Assembly: GCA_039630545.1 (NCBI GenBank)
Contig: JBCNUU010000003.1
Location: 99,250-163,249, forward strand
From: Endomicrobiia bacterium
GTDB lineage: Bacteria; Elusimicrobiota; Endomicrobiia; DTEH01
Length of the DNA stretch: 64,000 nt
Reading direction: 5' to 3'
How positions within the stretch are numbered: the stretch's first letter is position 1; the number at the start of each line of letters is the position of its first letter. The position numbers were made by a program, and so were the translations under genes. The notes below the pieces were generated by a model. It did no database searches and was not told where the DNA came from. It saw only the letters and a list, made by a program, of their open reading frames with translations. Positions 46,792 through 56,802 of this stretch are shown here, piece after piece.

Positions 46792-47790
46792 ATGGTAAAA
46801 ATCTACTACGATAAAGATGTAGATTTAGAGATACTAAAAGATAAAGTTGTAGGTATTATTGGATACGGAATTCAGGGTAGAGGACAAAGTTTATGTTTGA
46901 GAGAGTCAAAAATTAAGGTTCTTATTGCTGAACTTGAGGGAACACAAAATTATCTTCAAGCAAAACAGGATGGTTTTGAAGTTTATTCTGCAGATGAAGT
47001 TGCAAAACAGGCAGATATAATTCAAATTCTAACACAGGATCATGTGCAAGCAGAAGTTTATAAAAAATCTATACAAAAGCATCTTAAATCAGGAAAAGCT
47101 CTTTGTTTCTCTCATGGATTTAATATCCACTTTAAACAGATAAAGCCTCCTAAAAATGTTGATGTTTTTATGGTAGCACCAAAAGGACCTGGTGCACTGG
47201 TATGGGAGATGTATCAAAAAGGAGCAGGTGTTCCTGCGTTAATAGCTGTGTATCAAGATGCTTCAGGGAAAGCAAAACAGCTAGCTTTAGCATATGCAAA
47301 AGCAATAGGTGCCACTAAAGCAGGAGTTATTGAAACAACCTTTAAAGAAGAAACAGAAACAGATTTATTTGGTGAACAAGTGGTTTTGTGTGGTGGAGTT
47401 AGTGCTCTTATACATGCTGGCTTTGAGACGCTTGTTGAAGCAGGTTATCAGCCAGAAATAGCTTACTTTGAGGTCTTACATGAACTTAAGCTTATTACTG
47501 ATCTTATTCAACAGTATGGTATTTCTGGTATGAGAAGAAGAGTTTCAAATACAGCCTGTTATGGAGATCTCACTCGTGGTCCAAGAGTAATAGACGCTAG
47601 AGTAAGAAAGACAATGAAAAAGATATTAAGAGAAATTCAATCAGGGAAATTTGCTAGGGAATGGATTAAAGAAAACAAAACAGGTAGAAAAAAATTTAAT
47701 CAACTGCTAGCAAAAGGAGACCAACATCCTATTGAAGAGGTTGGAAGAAGATTAAGAGAAATGATGCCATGGATGAAAGAAAAAAGTTAA
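46792..47790 (+). CDS. ilvC: ketol-acid reductoisomerase
   Basis: [25 protein letters not shown]-binding N-terminus and the conserved C-terminal knotted domain. Confidence 0.9.
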   Translation: MVKIYYDKDVDLEILKDKVVGIIGYGIQGRGQSLCLRESKIKVLIAELEGTQNYLQAKQDGFEVYSADEVAKQADIIQILTQDHVQAEVYKKSIQKHLKSGKALCFSHGFNIHFKQIKPPKNVDVFMVAPKGPGALVWEMYQKGAGVPALIAVYQDASGKAKQLALAYAKAIGATKAGVIETTFKEETETDLFGEQVVLCGGVSALIHAGFETLVEAGYQPEIAYFEVLHELKLITDLIQQYGISGMRRRVSNTACYGDLTRGPRVIDARVRKTMKKILREIQSGKFAREWIKENKTGRKKFNQLLAKGDQHPIEEVGRRLREMMPWMKEKS

Positions 47791-47793
47791 AAA

Positions 47794-48426
47794 ATGCTCA
47801 AAGAAGCTAGAGGTTTAGTTTTTATCTTTTGCTGTATAAGTTTAGTTTTTTTTACCTTAAGTTTTTTTTTAAACAAGATCTTTAATGTTTTTTCTGCTAT
47901 TTTTGCGGTTGTAACTCTTCTTTTAATCTATTTTTTTAGAGATCCTCTAAGAGATATAAAAATAAACAAAAATGTTCTTTACTCACCTGCAGATGGTAGA
48001 ATATTTGATATTACAGAAAATGAAAACTTTTATTGTGTAAGAATTTTTATGTCAATTTTTGATGTACATGTTCAGAGAGCTCCTGTTTCTGGAGTTATTA
48101 AAAGAATAGAGTATAAAAAGGGAAAATTTAGTTTAGCGCATAAAACAGAAGCAGGTTTTATAAATGAAAGAAATTTAATAGAAATTTATATTCCTGAAGT
48201 TAATGTGACTGTAAAAATAACCCAGGTAGCAGGAGCTATCGCAAGAAGAATAGTTTGTTGGGTAAAAGAAGACTTTGCAGTAAGACAGGGACAAAAAATT
48301 GGTGCAATTTTGCTAGGTTCACAGGTAAGTTTCGAATTCCCTAAAATTTATAAACTTTTGGTAACAAAAAATCAAAAAGTTTTTGCAGGAATTTCAGCTG
48401 TAGCTGTTTTAAGTAAACCGGAATAG
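47794..48426 (+). CDS. psd: phosphatidylserine decarboxylase proenzyme (archaeal-type, short)
   Basis: N-terminal TM helix, GVIKRIEYKKGKF..., and a C-terminal ...ILLGSQVSF with the G-S self-cleavage site. Confidence 0.8.
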   Translation: MLKEARGLVFIFCCISLVFFTLSFFLNKIFNVFSAIFAVVTLLLIYFFRDPLRDIKINKNVLYSPADGRIFDITENENFYCVRIFMSIFDVHVQRAPVSGVIKRIEYKKGKFSLAHKTEAGFINERNLIEIYIPEVNVTVKITQVAGAIARRIVCWVKEDFAVRQGQKIGAILLGSQVSFEFPKIYKLLVTKNQKVFAGISAVAVLSKPE

Positions 48427-48434
48427 CAAAAGAC

Positions 48435-49229
48435 ATGTTTTCTGAAAATTTATATCTTTTCCCTATGATATTTACTGCGGGTAATATGTTTTGTGGATTG
48501 CTTTCAATTATATTGAGTATCAAAGGAAACTTTTCTAAAGCTTCGTGGCTTATAATTTTAGGAATACTTTTTGATGGAGCAGATGGACTTATTGCAAAAC
48601 TAAAAAAAGCTTCTTCTTCTGTGGGAGTAGAGTTAGACTCTTTTGCTGACTTTGTTACATTTTGCATAGCTCCTATGGTATTGGTTTGGCAGTTAGTTAT
48701 GTATAGATATAAGTTTCCAGGAGCTGTAGTATGTTTTATATATGTTTTCTTTGGAGCTTTAAGACTAGCAAGATTTAATATAGTATCTCATAATTTAAAA
48801 CAAACATTATATTGCAGTAAATTTATAGAAGGACTACCAACGCCAGCTGCTGCAGGAGTTGTGGTGTCTATTATGCTGCTATTTGAGGTCTCTTTAGGTC
48901 CTGATATATCTATTTCAAAAAGTCATCTAACTTTTCTTATAGCGCTTATTCCTTGGTTGTTGAATTTTTTTCCAGCAATAATATTGTTTTTGGCTTTTTT
49001 GATGATCACTAAATTAAAATATCCAAAAGTAAATAATTTAAGATTAACTCAGAGAGTTTCGTTTAAATTTTTTAGTATAGTGCTTGTTTTAATTCTTCTG
49101 GTTTTTGCTTATCCTGAAACTTTTGTGTTTTTAGTGTTTTCTATGTATCTTCTTTATGGTTTAGTGGAATATTTGAGTAGAAGTTATAAAATCTTTAAAG
49201 AAAAAAGAATATCTAATGACACTAAGTAA
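48435..49229 (+). CDS. pssA: CDP-diacylglycerol--serine O-phosphatidyltransferase (CDP-alcohol phosphatidyltransferase family)
   Basis: DGADGLIAKL...GVELDSFADFV is the D-G-x2-A-R...G-x3-D-x3-D motif. The psd-pssA pairing supports the call. Confidence 0.75.
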   Translation: MFSENLYLFPMIFTAGNMFCGLLSIILSIKGNFSKASWLIILGILFDGADGLIAKLKKASSSVGVELDSFADFVTFCIAPMVLVWQLVMYRYKFPGAVVCFIYVFFGALRLARFNIVSHNLKQTLYCSKFIEGLPTPAAAGVVVSIMLLFEVSLGPDISISKSHLTFLIALIPWLLNFFPAIILFLAFLMITKLKYPKVNNLRLTQRVSFKFFSIVLVLILLVFAYPETFVFLVFSMYLLYGLVEYLSRSYKIFKEKRISNDTK

Positions 49230-49851
49230 GTTAAAAAAAGAAATAATTGAGGTATCCAGATATTTAGTTATTAAAAACTATATTGATATTTTTGATGGAA
49301 ATATTTCCTGTAGAATAAATAACAACCAGATTCTTATTACCCCTAAAAGAAAAAACAAATACAAACTTTCCTTAGAAGATTTAGTAGTTATAGATTATGA
49401 TGGAAAAAAAATACAAGGAAAAAATGAACCATCCGGTGAATGGAGACTTCATTGTATGGTTTATAAAGAAAGACAGGATGTAAATTCTGTAGTGCATACT
49501 CATCCTTTATTTTCTGTAGCACTTTCTGTGGCAGGAATTTCTTTTAATAAACCTATTTTAGCTGAAACAGTTAGTTTTGTTGAAAATATAAAAGAGATAA
49601 AATATGTTTGTTTCTATACTGAGAAATTAGCAGAAAATATAAAAAGATTTGTTAAAACTTCAAATATCTTTTTGTTAAAAAATCACGGGTTAGTAACTTT
49701 AGGAAAAACATTAGATGAGGCTTTATTTTTTACAGAAAAAATTGAGCATTTAGCAAAAACTATTTTTGTTTTAAAAATGTTAAGAAAAAAAATAAAAAGG
49801 CTTTCTAATAAAGAAATTGAAGAGATAAAAAATTTAGTTTTAAAAACTTAA
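49216..49851 (+). CDS. class II aldolase/adducin-family protein (fuculose-phosphate aldolase / MTRu-1-P dehydratase-like)
   Basis: SVVHTHP zinc-ligand motif and an overall length of 211 aa. Confidence 0.7.
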   Translation: MTLSKLKKEIIEVSRYLVIKNYIDIFDGNISCRINNNQILITPKRKNKYKLSLEDLVVIDYDGKKIQGKNEPSGEWRLHCMVYKERQDVNSVVHTHPLFSVALSVAGISFNKPILAETVSFVENIKEIKYVCFYTEKLAENIKRFVKTSNIFLLKNHGLVTLGKTLDEALFFTEKIEHLAKTIFVLKMLRKKIKRLSNKEIEEIKNLVLKT

Positions 49852-49869
49852 GGGAGGTGAAAAATCCTT

Positions 49870-51393
49870 ATGGAAAAAAAAGTTAGAGAAAGTTGGGGTT
49901 CAAAATTAGGTGTTGTATTAGCAGTTGCCGGTTCTGCTGTTGGGTTGGGTAATTTTTTGCGATTTCCTGTTCAGGCAGTAAAAAACGGTGGAGGTGTGTT
50001 TATGATTCCTTATATTATTTCTTTTCTTATTCTGGGACTTCCTCTTATGTGGATAGAATGGACAGTAGGAAGATTTGGGGGTGGATTTGGACATGGAACT
50101 GCTCCTGGTGTTTTCCACACTATGTGGCAAAAAAACAGGTTTATAAAATATTTTGGTGTAATAGGGATATTTGGGCCTCTGGTTATTTTTATGTATTACA
50201 CTTATATAGAATCATGGCTTTTAGGTTATACCTTTTTTAGTTTGACTCCAAAATATATTTCTTTATCTACTGCTCAACAGATCAAAGAATTTCTTAGTTG
50301 GTATAGAAACAGCTGGTATTCTTATTTGTTCTTTGTGATAACTTTTTCTTTAAATATCATAGTTGTTTACTTTGGGATAAAAAAAGGAATAGAAAAATTT
50401 TGTAATTGGGCTATGCCTGTGCTTTTAGGGCTTGCTATATTTTTAGTAATAAGAGTTTTAACTCTTAAAAGTTTTGATCCACAATTTCCAGAAAACAATC
50501 CTATAAAAGGACTTGAGTTCTTATGGAATCCCGATTTTAGCAAACTTTTAGATCCTAAAGTATGGTTGGCAGCGGCAGGACAGATATTTTTTACACTTTC
50601 TGTTGGCATTGGTGTTATACTTACATATGCAAGTTATCTTAAAAAAACTGATGATGTAATTCTTTCAGGATTGGCTTCTTCTGCTACCAATGAGTTTGTA
50701 GAGGTAGTTCTTGGAGGTAGCATTGTAATACCTGCTGCTTTTACTTTTTTAGGTGCTCAGGCAGCAGTAGATATTGCAAAATATGGTGCTTTTGATTTAG
50801 GGTTTGTTACCATGCCTCTTATATTTAAACAAATTCCATTTGGAACAATTTTTTCTTTCTGCTGGTTTTTGTTGTTATTTTTAGCGGGGATAACTTCTTC
50901 TGTCTCCTTAGCACAACCGTCAGTTGCATTTTTAGAAGATGAATTTGATATACCAAAAAAAGACGCTGTGTTAATATATGGAGTTTTATCTTTTCTTCTG
51001 TGTCAACCATCTATATTTCTTTTAAAATATGGAGTAGTAGATGAACTTGATTTTTGGGGAGGAACTTTCTGTCTTGTTTTGTTTGGTTGTATTGAGGCAA
51101 TTTTGTTTTCTTGGGTGTTTGGAATAAATAGAGCCTGGGATGAAATGCATTCCGGAGCACAGATGAAACTACCAAAAATATATAAATTTATAATAAAATA
51201 TGTAACACCACTTGTTTTGATTGTTATTCTTGTAAGTTATTTAGCTACAGAAGGAATAAATGTTATTTTGCTTAAAAATGTGCCTCCTGAAAACTTACCT
51301 GTAGTTATATTTACGAGAATTTATCTTCTTACAATATTTGTAATACTTGCGGTGTTGGTAAGAGAAGCTTGGAGGAAAAGAAAACCTTTATAG
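49870..51393 (+). CDS. sodium-dependent transporter of the neurotransmitter:sodium symporter (SNF) family
   Basis: WGSKLGVVLAVAGSAVGLGNFLRFP...GGVFMIPY is the NSS family N-terminal signature. Confidence 0.8.
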   Translation: MEKKVRESWGSKLGVVLAVAGSAVGLGNFLRFPVQAVKNGGGVFMIPYIISFLILGLPLMWIEWTVGRFGGGFGHGTAPGVFHTMWQKNRFIKYFGVIGIFGPLVIFMYYTYIESWLLGYTFFSLTPKYISLSTAQQIKEFLSWYRNSWYSYLFFVITFSLNIIVVYFGIKKGIEKFCNWAMPVLLGLAIFLVIRVLTLKSFDPQFPENNPIKGLEFLWNPDFSKLLDPKVWLAAAGQIFFTLSVGIGVILTYASYLKKTDDVILSGLASSATNEFVEVVLGGSIVIPAAFTFLGAQAAVDIAKYGAFDLGFVTMPLIFKQIPFGTIFSFCWFLLLFLAGITSSVSLAQPSVAFLEDEFDIPKKDAVLIYGVLSFLLCQPSIFLLKYGVVDELDFWGGTFCLVLFGCIEAILFSWVFGINRAWDEMHSGAQMKLPKIYKFIIKYVTPLVLIVILVSYLATEGINVILLKNVPPENLPVVIFTRIYLLTIFVILAVLVREAWRKRKPL

Positions 51394-52071
51394 ATCTTTT
51401 ATGTATATTTTTACTTTTAAGTTGTTATTTAGCTGTTTATACCAATTCTCTAAAACAGCAGTTTGTTTTTCTTGCAATAGTTCTTTTTGAAGTTTTTCTT
51501 TTTCTTCTTCAGTTTTTGGATTTTTAAGTTTAATATAATCTTCTATTTCTTTCTGAGAAAGTTTCACTCCAGAGGCTATAAATTCTCTAAGTTTAAACAT
51601 TGCTATTCTTTTTCTTTGCGATTCTTCAAATTCTTTTGGTGTCATTTTTAATCTTAAAATAACAACTTTATAATATGTTTCTCTATCAAAGTAACCATTT
51701 TTTTGAAAAGCAGGAATGCTCATTATGTGGTAGTTAAGTTCCTGATCTGTTACTTTGATACCATATTTTTTAGCTTCTTGCCAGAAAACTTCTTCACGAA
51801 TTAAATCTCCTAAAACTTGTTGTTTGATGGACTTTATTATCTCATCATTTATTTCGTTATTTTGGTTCCTGTAGTTTTCAATTGATTGGTTTACAAGTCT
51901 ATTATATTTAGAAATAGGTATTTTTGTTCCGTTTACCACAGCAGCTGTGTGTACTATGTTTGAGTATCTTATATACCCACCAAATCCTAAAAATATGCCG
52001 CCAATAAACCCAACAGTGGTAATGATTAAAATATTCTGTTTATGTTTTCTTAAATAGTTAAATATATTCAT
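51388..52071 (-). CDS. SurA N-terminal-domain-containing periplasmic chaperone-like protein (membrane anchored)
   Basis: N-terminal TM anchor, then a SurA_N-like helical domain (...VNGTKIPISKYNRLVNQ...). ATG start chosen at 52071; the track TTG is at 52110. Confidence 0.5.
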   Translation of the reverse strand: MNIFNYLRKHKQNILIITTVGFIGGIFLGFGGYIRYSNIVHTAAVVNGTKIPISKYNRLVNQSIENYRNQNNEINDEIIKSIKQQVLGDLIREEVFWQEAKKYGIKVTDQELNYHIMSIPAFQKNGYFDRETYYKVVILRLKMTPKEFEESQRKRIAMFKLREFIASGVKLSQKEIEDYIKLKNPKTEEEKEKLQKELLQEKQTAVLENWYKQLNNNLKVKIYIKDL

Positions 52072-52134
52072 AAGTTTTGATTTTCTATAAAAAAAATAAT
52101 AATTAGTCAACTGTTCTTTTAAAATTTAACAAAG

Positions 52135-52163
52135 TTGACAAAATAAAAAAATTTTTGTAGAAT
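52135..52163 (+). promoter_or_regulatory. sigma70-like promoter TTGACA-17 nt-TAGAAT upstream of the lipoprotein gene
   Basis: TTGACA at 52135-52140, a 17-nt spacer, TAGAAT at 52158-52163 with TG immediately upstream. Confidence 0.35.
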
Positions 52164-52215
52164 ATAAAAACTTTTGTTTTCATTCAAGAAATATGTCTTT
52201 ATATCTTTACAATTA

Positions 52216-53058
52216 ATGAAAAATATAAAAGGCTTTCTTCTAATAAAGTATATTTTTTTATTTTTAATTTTCTCTTGTAGTAGTCCAGATAGGTTGTTAA
52301 AAAGCGCAATAGAAGATGAGAAAAAAAATAGATACGATAAAGCTGAACAGAAATACTTGACATTAATTGTAAAGTTTCCTCATAGTAGAGATGTGGTTGA
52401 AGCAAAATATAGATTGGGTTTAATCTATAAAGATATAATGAAAGACTATGCTCAAGCAATAATGTGGTTTTCAGATATTATAAAGAATCATCAAGATTCA
52501 GAATTTTACAAACCAGCAGAAGTAGGAATTTTGGAGTCACCTGATTATATAGGAGCTTTAGATAATAACTCAGTTATATTAGGAGATGTGGAAACTGGCG
52601 GAAAAAACATGAAGATAGTTAATGAGTTTGACAAAATTGATTTTGACCTTTACAAGTGTATATGCAAATTGTATGCAGGTGAAAAGCTTGTGCGTCAGGA
52701 GATTAAGTTTTATTTAAAGACATCTCAAGAAATAAGAGAATACGATGTTAATCCAAAAATGTCTAAAGAAAAAAATTTGAAATATTCTATAGTATTTAGA
52801 CTTCCTGTAGAAGCAGGTACCAAATGGGTAACAAAAAAAGAAGATAAAGAGGTCATATATACTATTGTAGCAAAAGATATAAGGGTTAAATTAAAAAATC
52901 ATGAATTTAACAATTGTGTTAAGATTTTAGAAACCTATAAGGGTCAGGAAGGGATAAGATATCTTTATTATGCTGCTGGTAAGGGATGTATAAAAATTGC
53001 AACTTCTTCTGTTAAAAAACCAAATCAAGAATTTAGTGTTTTAGAACTAATAGAATAA
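52216..53058 (+). CDS. lipoprotein with TPR-like repeats (hypothetical)
   Basis: Signal plus lipobox MKNIKGFLLIKYIFLFLIFSC. Contains ...AEQKYLTLIVKFPHSRDVVEAKYRLGLIYKD... as a TPR-like segment. The track TTG at 52174 is an alternative start. Confidence 0.5.
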   Translation: MKNIKGFLLIKYIFLFLIFSCSSPDRLLKSAIEDEKKNRYDKAEQKYLTLIVKFPHSRDVVEAKYRLGLIYKDIMKDYAQAIMWFSDIIKNHQDSEFYKPAEVGILESPDYIGALDNNSVILGDVETGGKNMKIVNEFDKIDFDLYKCICKLYAGEKLVRQEIKFYLKTSQEIREYDVNPKMSKEKNLKYSIVFRLPVEAGTKWVTKKEDKEVIYTIVAKDIRVKLKNHEFNNCVKILETYKGQEGIRYLYYAAGKGCIKIATSSVKKPNQEFSVLELIE

Positions 53059-53085
53059 TTTTTATGTCCAAGGAGAATTACTTAA

Positions 53086-54144
53086 ATGAAAACTTATAAA
53101 ATTGCAGTAATTCCTGGTGATGGGACAGGACCTGAGGTTGTTGCTGAAGGAATTAAAGTTTTAAAAGAAGCAGCCAAAAAATATAATATTAAAATTGAGT
53201 TCGTTAAATTTGATTTTGGAGGTGAAAGATATTTAAGAACAGGTGAAACATTACCTGATAGTGCTATTGAAGAACTAAGAAAGTTTGATGCAATATACCT
53301 TGGAGCGATTGGTCATCCAGATGTAAAACCGGGAATTTTAGAAGTAGGAATATTGTTGAAGTTAAGATTTGTGTTTGATCAATATATAAATTTAAGGCCG
53401 GTAAAGCTTTACAGAAAGGAAGATACTCCACTAAAAGACAAAGAACCGCAAGATATAGATTTTGTTGTAATAAGAGAAAATACAGGTGGTCTGTATAGTG
53501 GTATAGGAGGAATTCAACAAAAGAACACCAAAAATGAAATAGCTACTCAACTTATGATTTATTCATATCATCAAGTGGAAAGATGTATAAGATATGCTTA
53601 TGAATATACAAAAAAAAGAAACAAAAAAAAACAACTCACTTTAGTTCATAAAATAAATGTTTTAACTTACTGTGGAGATTTATGGTGGAGAGTTTTTCAG
53701 GAAGTAGGCAAAGAATATCCAGATATAAAACAAGATTACAACCATGTAGATGCATGCTGTATGTGGTTTGTTAAATCTCCAGAGTTTTATGATGTAATAG
53801 TAACAGAAAATATGTTTGGAGATATTATTACTGATTTAGCTGCTATAATCCAGGGAGGGTTAGGGATCGCAGCTGGAGCAAACATAAATCCATCAGGAAT
53901 TTCAATGTTTGAGCCAATGGGTGGTTCTGCACCAAAATATACTGGTAAAAATGTAATAAATCCTCTAGCAGCAATATACGCAGCAGCAATGATGATGGAT
54001 TTTTTAGGTGAAAAAGAAGCATCCCAAGCAATTGAAGAAGCTATAAAGAAAGCACTTTTAAGTGGAAAAATAAAAAGTTTATCTGCAGGAAAGATGGGGC
54101 TTTCAACTACAGAAGTTGGTGATTTAGTTGCAAGTTTGATTTGA
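53086..54144 (+). CDS. decarboxylating dehydrogenase of the isopropylmalate/tartrate/isocitrate DH family (LeuB-like)
   Basis: KIAVIPGDGTGPEV N-terminus and NMFGDIITDLAA signature. Confidence 0.7.
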   Translation: MKTYKIAVIPGDGTGPEVVAEGIKVLKEAAKKYNIKIEFVKFDFGGERYLRTGETLPDSAIEELRKFDAIYLGAIGHPDVKPGILEVGILLKLRFVFDQYINLRPVKLYRKEDTPLKDKEPQDIDFVVIRENTGGLYSGIGGIQQKNTKNEIATQLMIYSYHQVERCIRYAYEYTKKRNKKKQLTLVHKINVLTYCGDLWWRVFQEVGKEYPDIKQDYNHVDACCMWFVKSPEFYDVIVTENMFGDIITDLAAIIQGGLGIAAGANINPSGISMFEPMGGSAPKYTGKNVINPLAAIYAAAMMMDFLGEKEASQAIEEAIKKALLSGKIKSLSAGKMGLSTTEVGDLVASLI

Positions 54145-54176
54145 TTATAGATTTTTATTTTTTATTATTATGAATT

Positions 54177-55544
54177 ATGAGTAAAAATAAGCTATATATA
54201 AAAACACAAACAAAACGAGATATAAAAATAATAAAAGAAACGAGTGAACAATTTACAATGTTTAAGGTTGAAAAATTTCCCTCATATGATGAGATACTTA
54301 AAGATTATTCAAAAGAATTTTCAAATTATATCCTCCCACAAGGAGATACAACTTTTGGATTTTGGATGCAAACATTAGCAGATCTAGAACTGTTAGATTT
54401 AGAGTTACAAGGATTGGTTGAAGAGTATGAGATAAACCCCTTAAAAAGAACAGTCAAATTTAAAGGAGATGAAGAATTAGTGAGGATGAGAATAGCACAT
54501 CTTGAAAAAGTTGAAAACAAACCAACACTTTATGCAGAATTGGTTGATATGTTTGGAGATACAAATGCATATGGATTTCATAATTTATATCCTTATAAAG
54601 GTAAGTTTTATCCAAGAGTTGTAAGAACTCTGATAAATGCGTTTAAATTAGATAGAAATTCAATAATTCTTGATCCATTTAATGGTTCAGGGACAACTAC
54701 TCATGAAGCTTCATTAATGGGGATAAAAAGTGTTGGTGTAGATATTACACCTATGGGGGTAATTTTAGCAGAACTTAAAAATGAATTACTTTTTTTAAAA
54801 GAAAAAGAACTTAATTTCACAATAGATGAATTAGAAGAAATTTTGAAATTAATAGAAGAAAAAAAATGGAAACACAGTAACTCAACAGTTTATAAGTTGA
54901 TGTTAGTAATATATTTTGACACTGTAGATGCTCTTTTGAGGACTTCGAAGTATAACAGAAAAGGAAAGATTAAGCTTTTTATTGAAAAATTTAATTATAT
55001 AGTAGATTGTCATAAAAAAATACAAAAAGTAAAGGATAAATATAAACTTAATTTTGAACATGCTAAAATTATTCAAGGAGATGCTCTTGAAATTAAAAAT
55101 ATAAATGAAATAAAAGAAAAATTTGATGCTTGCATTACAAGCCCTCCTTATTATTTTTCTATAGATTATGTAGGTAAAGATAAAATAGCATATGATTATT
55201 TAGGCATCGACATAAAGCAAATAGAAAGTAAATATTTAGGTATGAAAAGTGAAGTTTCCTATCGTCAAAATACTTTTGATAGGTTACCATTGAAGGTATT
55301 AAGATATTATGAGGATCTAAAGGAAGCTATAAAAAATATTTATTGGGCATTAAAGACAGGTGCTAATCTTGCAATTATAATTGGAGATAGTACTGTAAAT
55401 GGGAGAAAGATCCCCACAACTATGGTTACTAAAAAATTCTGTGAAGAAATAGGATTCAAATTCGAAAAATTGATATTTAATCCTTTGTTAGGTGTAAGAA
55501 ATAGAGCAATAAGAGGAGAAAGTATAATAATTTGTCACAAATAA
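54177..55544 (+). CDS. site-specific DNA methyltransferase (N6-adenine or N4-cytosine), with motif I (DPFNGSGTT) preceding motif IV (SPPYY)
   Basis: LDPFNGSGTTTHEASLMG at about residue 165 and ACITSPPYYFSIDY at about residue 320, followed by ...WALKTGANLAIIIGDS. Confidence 0.7.
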   Translation: MSKNKLYIKTQTKRDIKIIKETSEQFTMFKVEKFPSYDEILKDYSKEFSNYILPQGDTTFGFWMQTLADLELLDLELQGLVEEYEINPLKRTVKFKGDEELVRMRIAHLEKVENKPTLYAELVDMFGDTNAYGFHNLYPYKGKFYPRVVRTLINAFKLDRNSIILDPFNGSGTTTHEASLMGIKSVGVDITPMGVILAELKNELLFLKEKELNFTIDELEEILKLIEEKKWKHSNSTVYKLMLVIYFDTVDALLRTSKYNRKGKIKLFIEKFNYIVDCHKKIQKVKDKYKLNFEHAKIIQGDALEIKNINEIKEKFDACITSPPYYFSIDYVGKDKIAYDYLGIDIKQIESKYLGMKSEVSYRQNTFDRLPLKVLRYYEDLKEAIKNIYWALKTGANLAIIIGDSTVNGRKIPTTMVTKKFCEEIGFKFEKLIFNPLLGVRNRAIRGESIIICHK

Positions 55545-56785
55545 TTATGAAAATAAGAAGACTACTTATTTCTTCAGAGCCTAAGAATGAAATTGAATCT
55601 GGGCTTAAAAGAATGTATTTAAAAAGAATTCAAGAAATGTTCAAAAGGACTATAAGTATGGAGTCAATTTTTAATGTTTTTGATGAAATTTTTCATGGAT
55701 TGTCTCAAGTATCTTCGTTAAGTGAAGATTTACATAGCTTTTATGAGTCATTGTTGACGATAACATCATATTATCATCATAGTCAAGCAGGACGAGGTAA
55801 TTTAGTAGCAAGGCTATTGGAAACATTAGGTAGCGCAGAGAAAATGGAATTTGAGTTTATTTTAACAAAAATTCCACAATTTTTAAACCAAAACATAGAA
55901 TTGGAAGAAAATGAGTTAACAAAATTAAAGTTTGATGTGGTTAATTTAGTCAAAAATAATCTTATTTTTTGTGAATTAAAAATGAAAGTATATTCTGGTT
56001 GTACTGCTGGGCGTATTGAATTAATGGAGAAGTTTAATAAATTTGTTAAATTGGTTATAGAAAATGAAAGTTTCAGAAAATGTTTACAAAATTCTGGGAT
56101 CAAAAATATTTTTTTAATAGGCGGTATCTTATTTGATATCCAAGGAGAACCAGCGACTCTTAAAAAAGACAAAGAATGGGGAATTTGTTATAATGGTTTG
56201 TTAAGGGGAAAGGACGATATATTAAAGACGTTAAAAAGTAAAAACATTAAATATGAAATTGAAGAAGAAAAATCATTACAGAGGGCATTTGTGATTAACT
56301 TTATACATGGAGATATAAAGATCAATATAATTACAGTCTATGGTAATGAAGTTATAAAATCAATTTTTGGTGGGAAAAATAAATTTGATATTAAATATTT
56401 TAAAAAACTTTTAGAAAATATGTTATATGATGATTTATGGTTAGGACAAATAATTACCCTTAGTGAACGAGCATTATTGAGTAAAAACTTTAAAATAAAT
56501 AAAAAGTTGAAAAATTATATTATCTCAATAATTAAAAGTGAAGAATTAATGTCTGAGATAAAAAAGTTTTCTTTTACTAGAGAAGATGAAAAAATTCTTA
56601 AGGGAATTGTAAGTTTTGTATCTGAAAAGATTAGAAAATATGATAAGGACCTGTTAGGACTTCATCCGACAATTGCAGAGATAATTATTAGTTCGTGTGG
56701 CGAGAAATATGACAGAGAAGATTATATAGCAGATATTATACAATTTTTATCTTGTGAAGAAATAACTAAAAATTTACTCAATTAG
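55532..56785 (+). CDS. hypothetical protein coupled to the DNA methyltransferase; candidate restriction endonuclease
   Basis: 417 aa. Start overlaps the MTase stop (TTG at 55532 or ATG at 55547). Possible PD-(D/E)xK-like element FDVVNLVKNNLIFCELKMK. No other motif recognised. Confidence 0.4.
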   Translation: MSQIIMKIRRLLISSEPKNEIESGLKRMYLKRIQEMFKRTISMESIFNVFDEIFHGLSQVSSLSEDLHSFYESLLTITSYYHHSQAGRGNLVARLLETLGSAEKMEFEFILTKIPQFLNQNIELEENELTKLKFDVVNLVKNNLIFCELKMKVYSGCTAGRIELMEKFNKFVKLVIENESFRKCLQNSGIKNIFLIGGILFDIQGEPATLKKDKEWGICYNGLLRGKDDILKTLKSKNIKYEIEEEKSLQRAFVINFIHGDIKINIITVYGNEVIKSIFGGKNKFDIKYFKKLLENMLYDDLWLGQIITLSERALLSKNFKINKKLKNYIISIIKSEELMSEIKKFSFTREDEKILKGIVSFVSEKIRKYDKDLLGLHPTIAEIIISSCGEKYDREDYIADIIQFLSCEEITKNLLN

Positions 56786-56802
56786 AAAGGAGTTTTAAAA
56801 CA

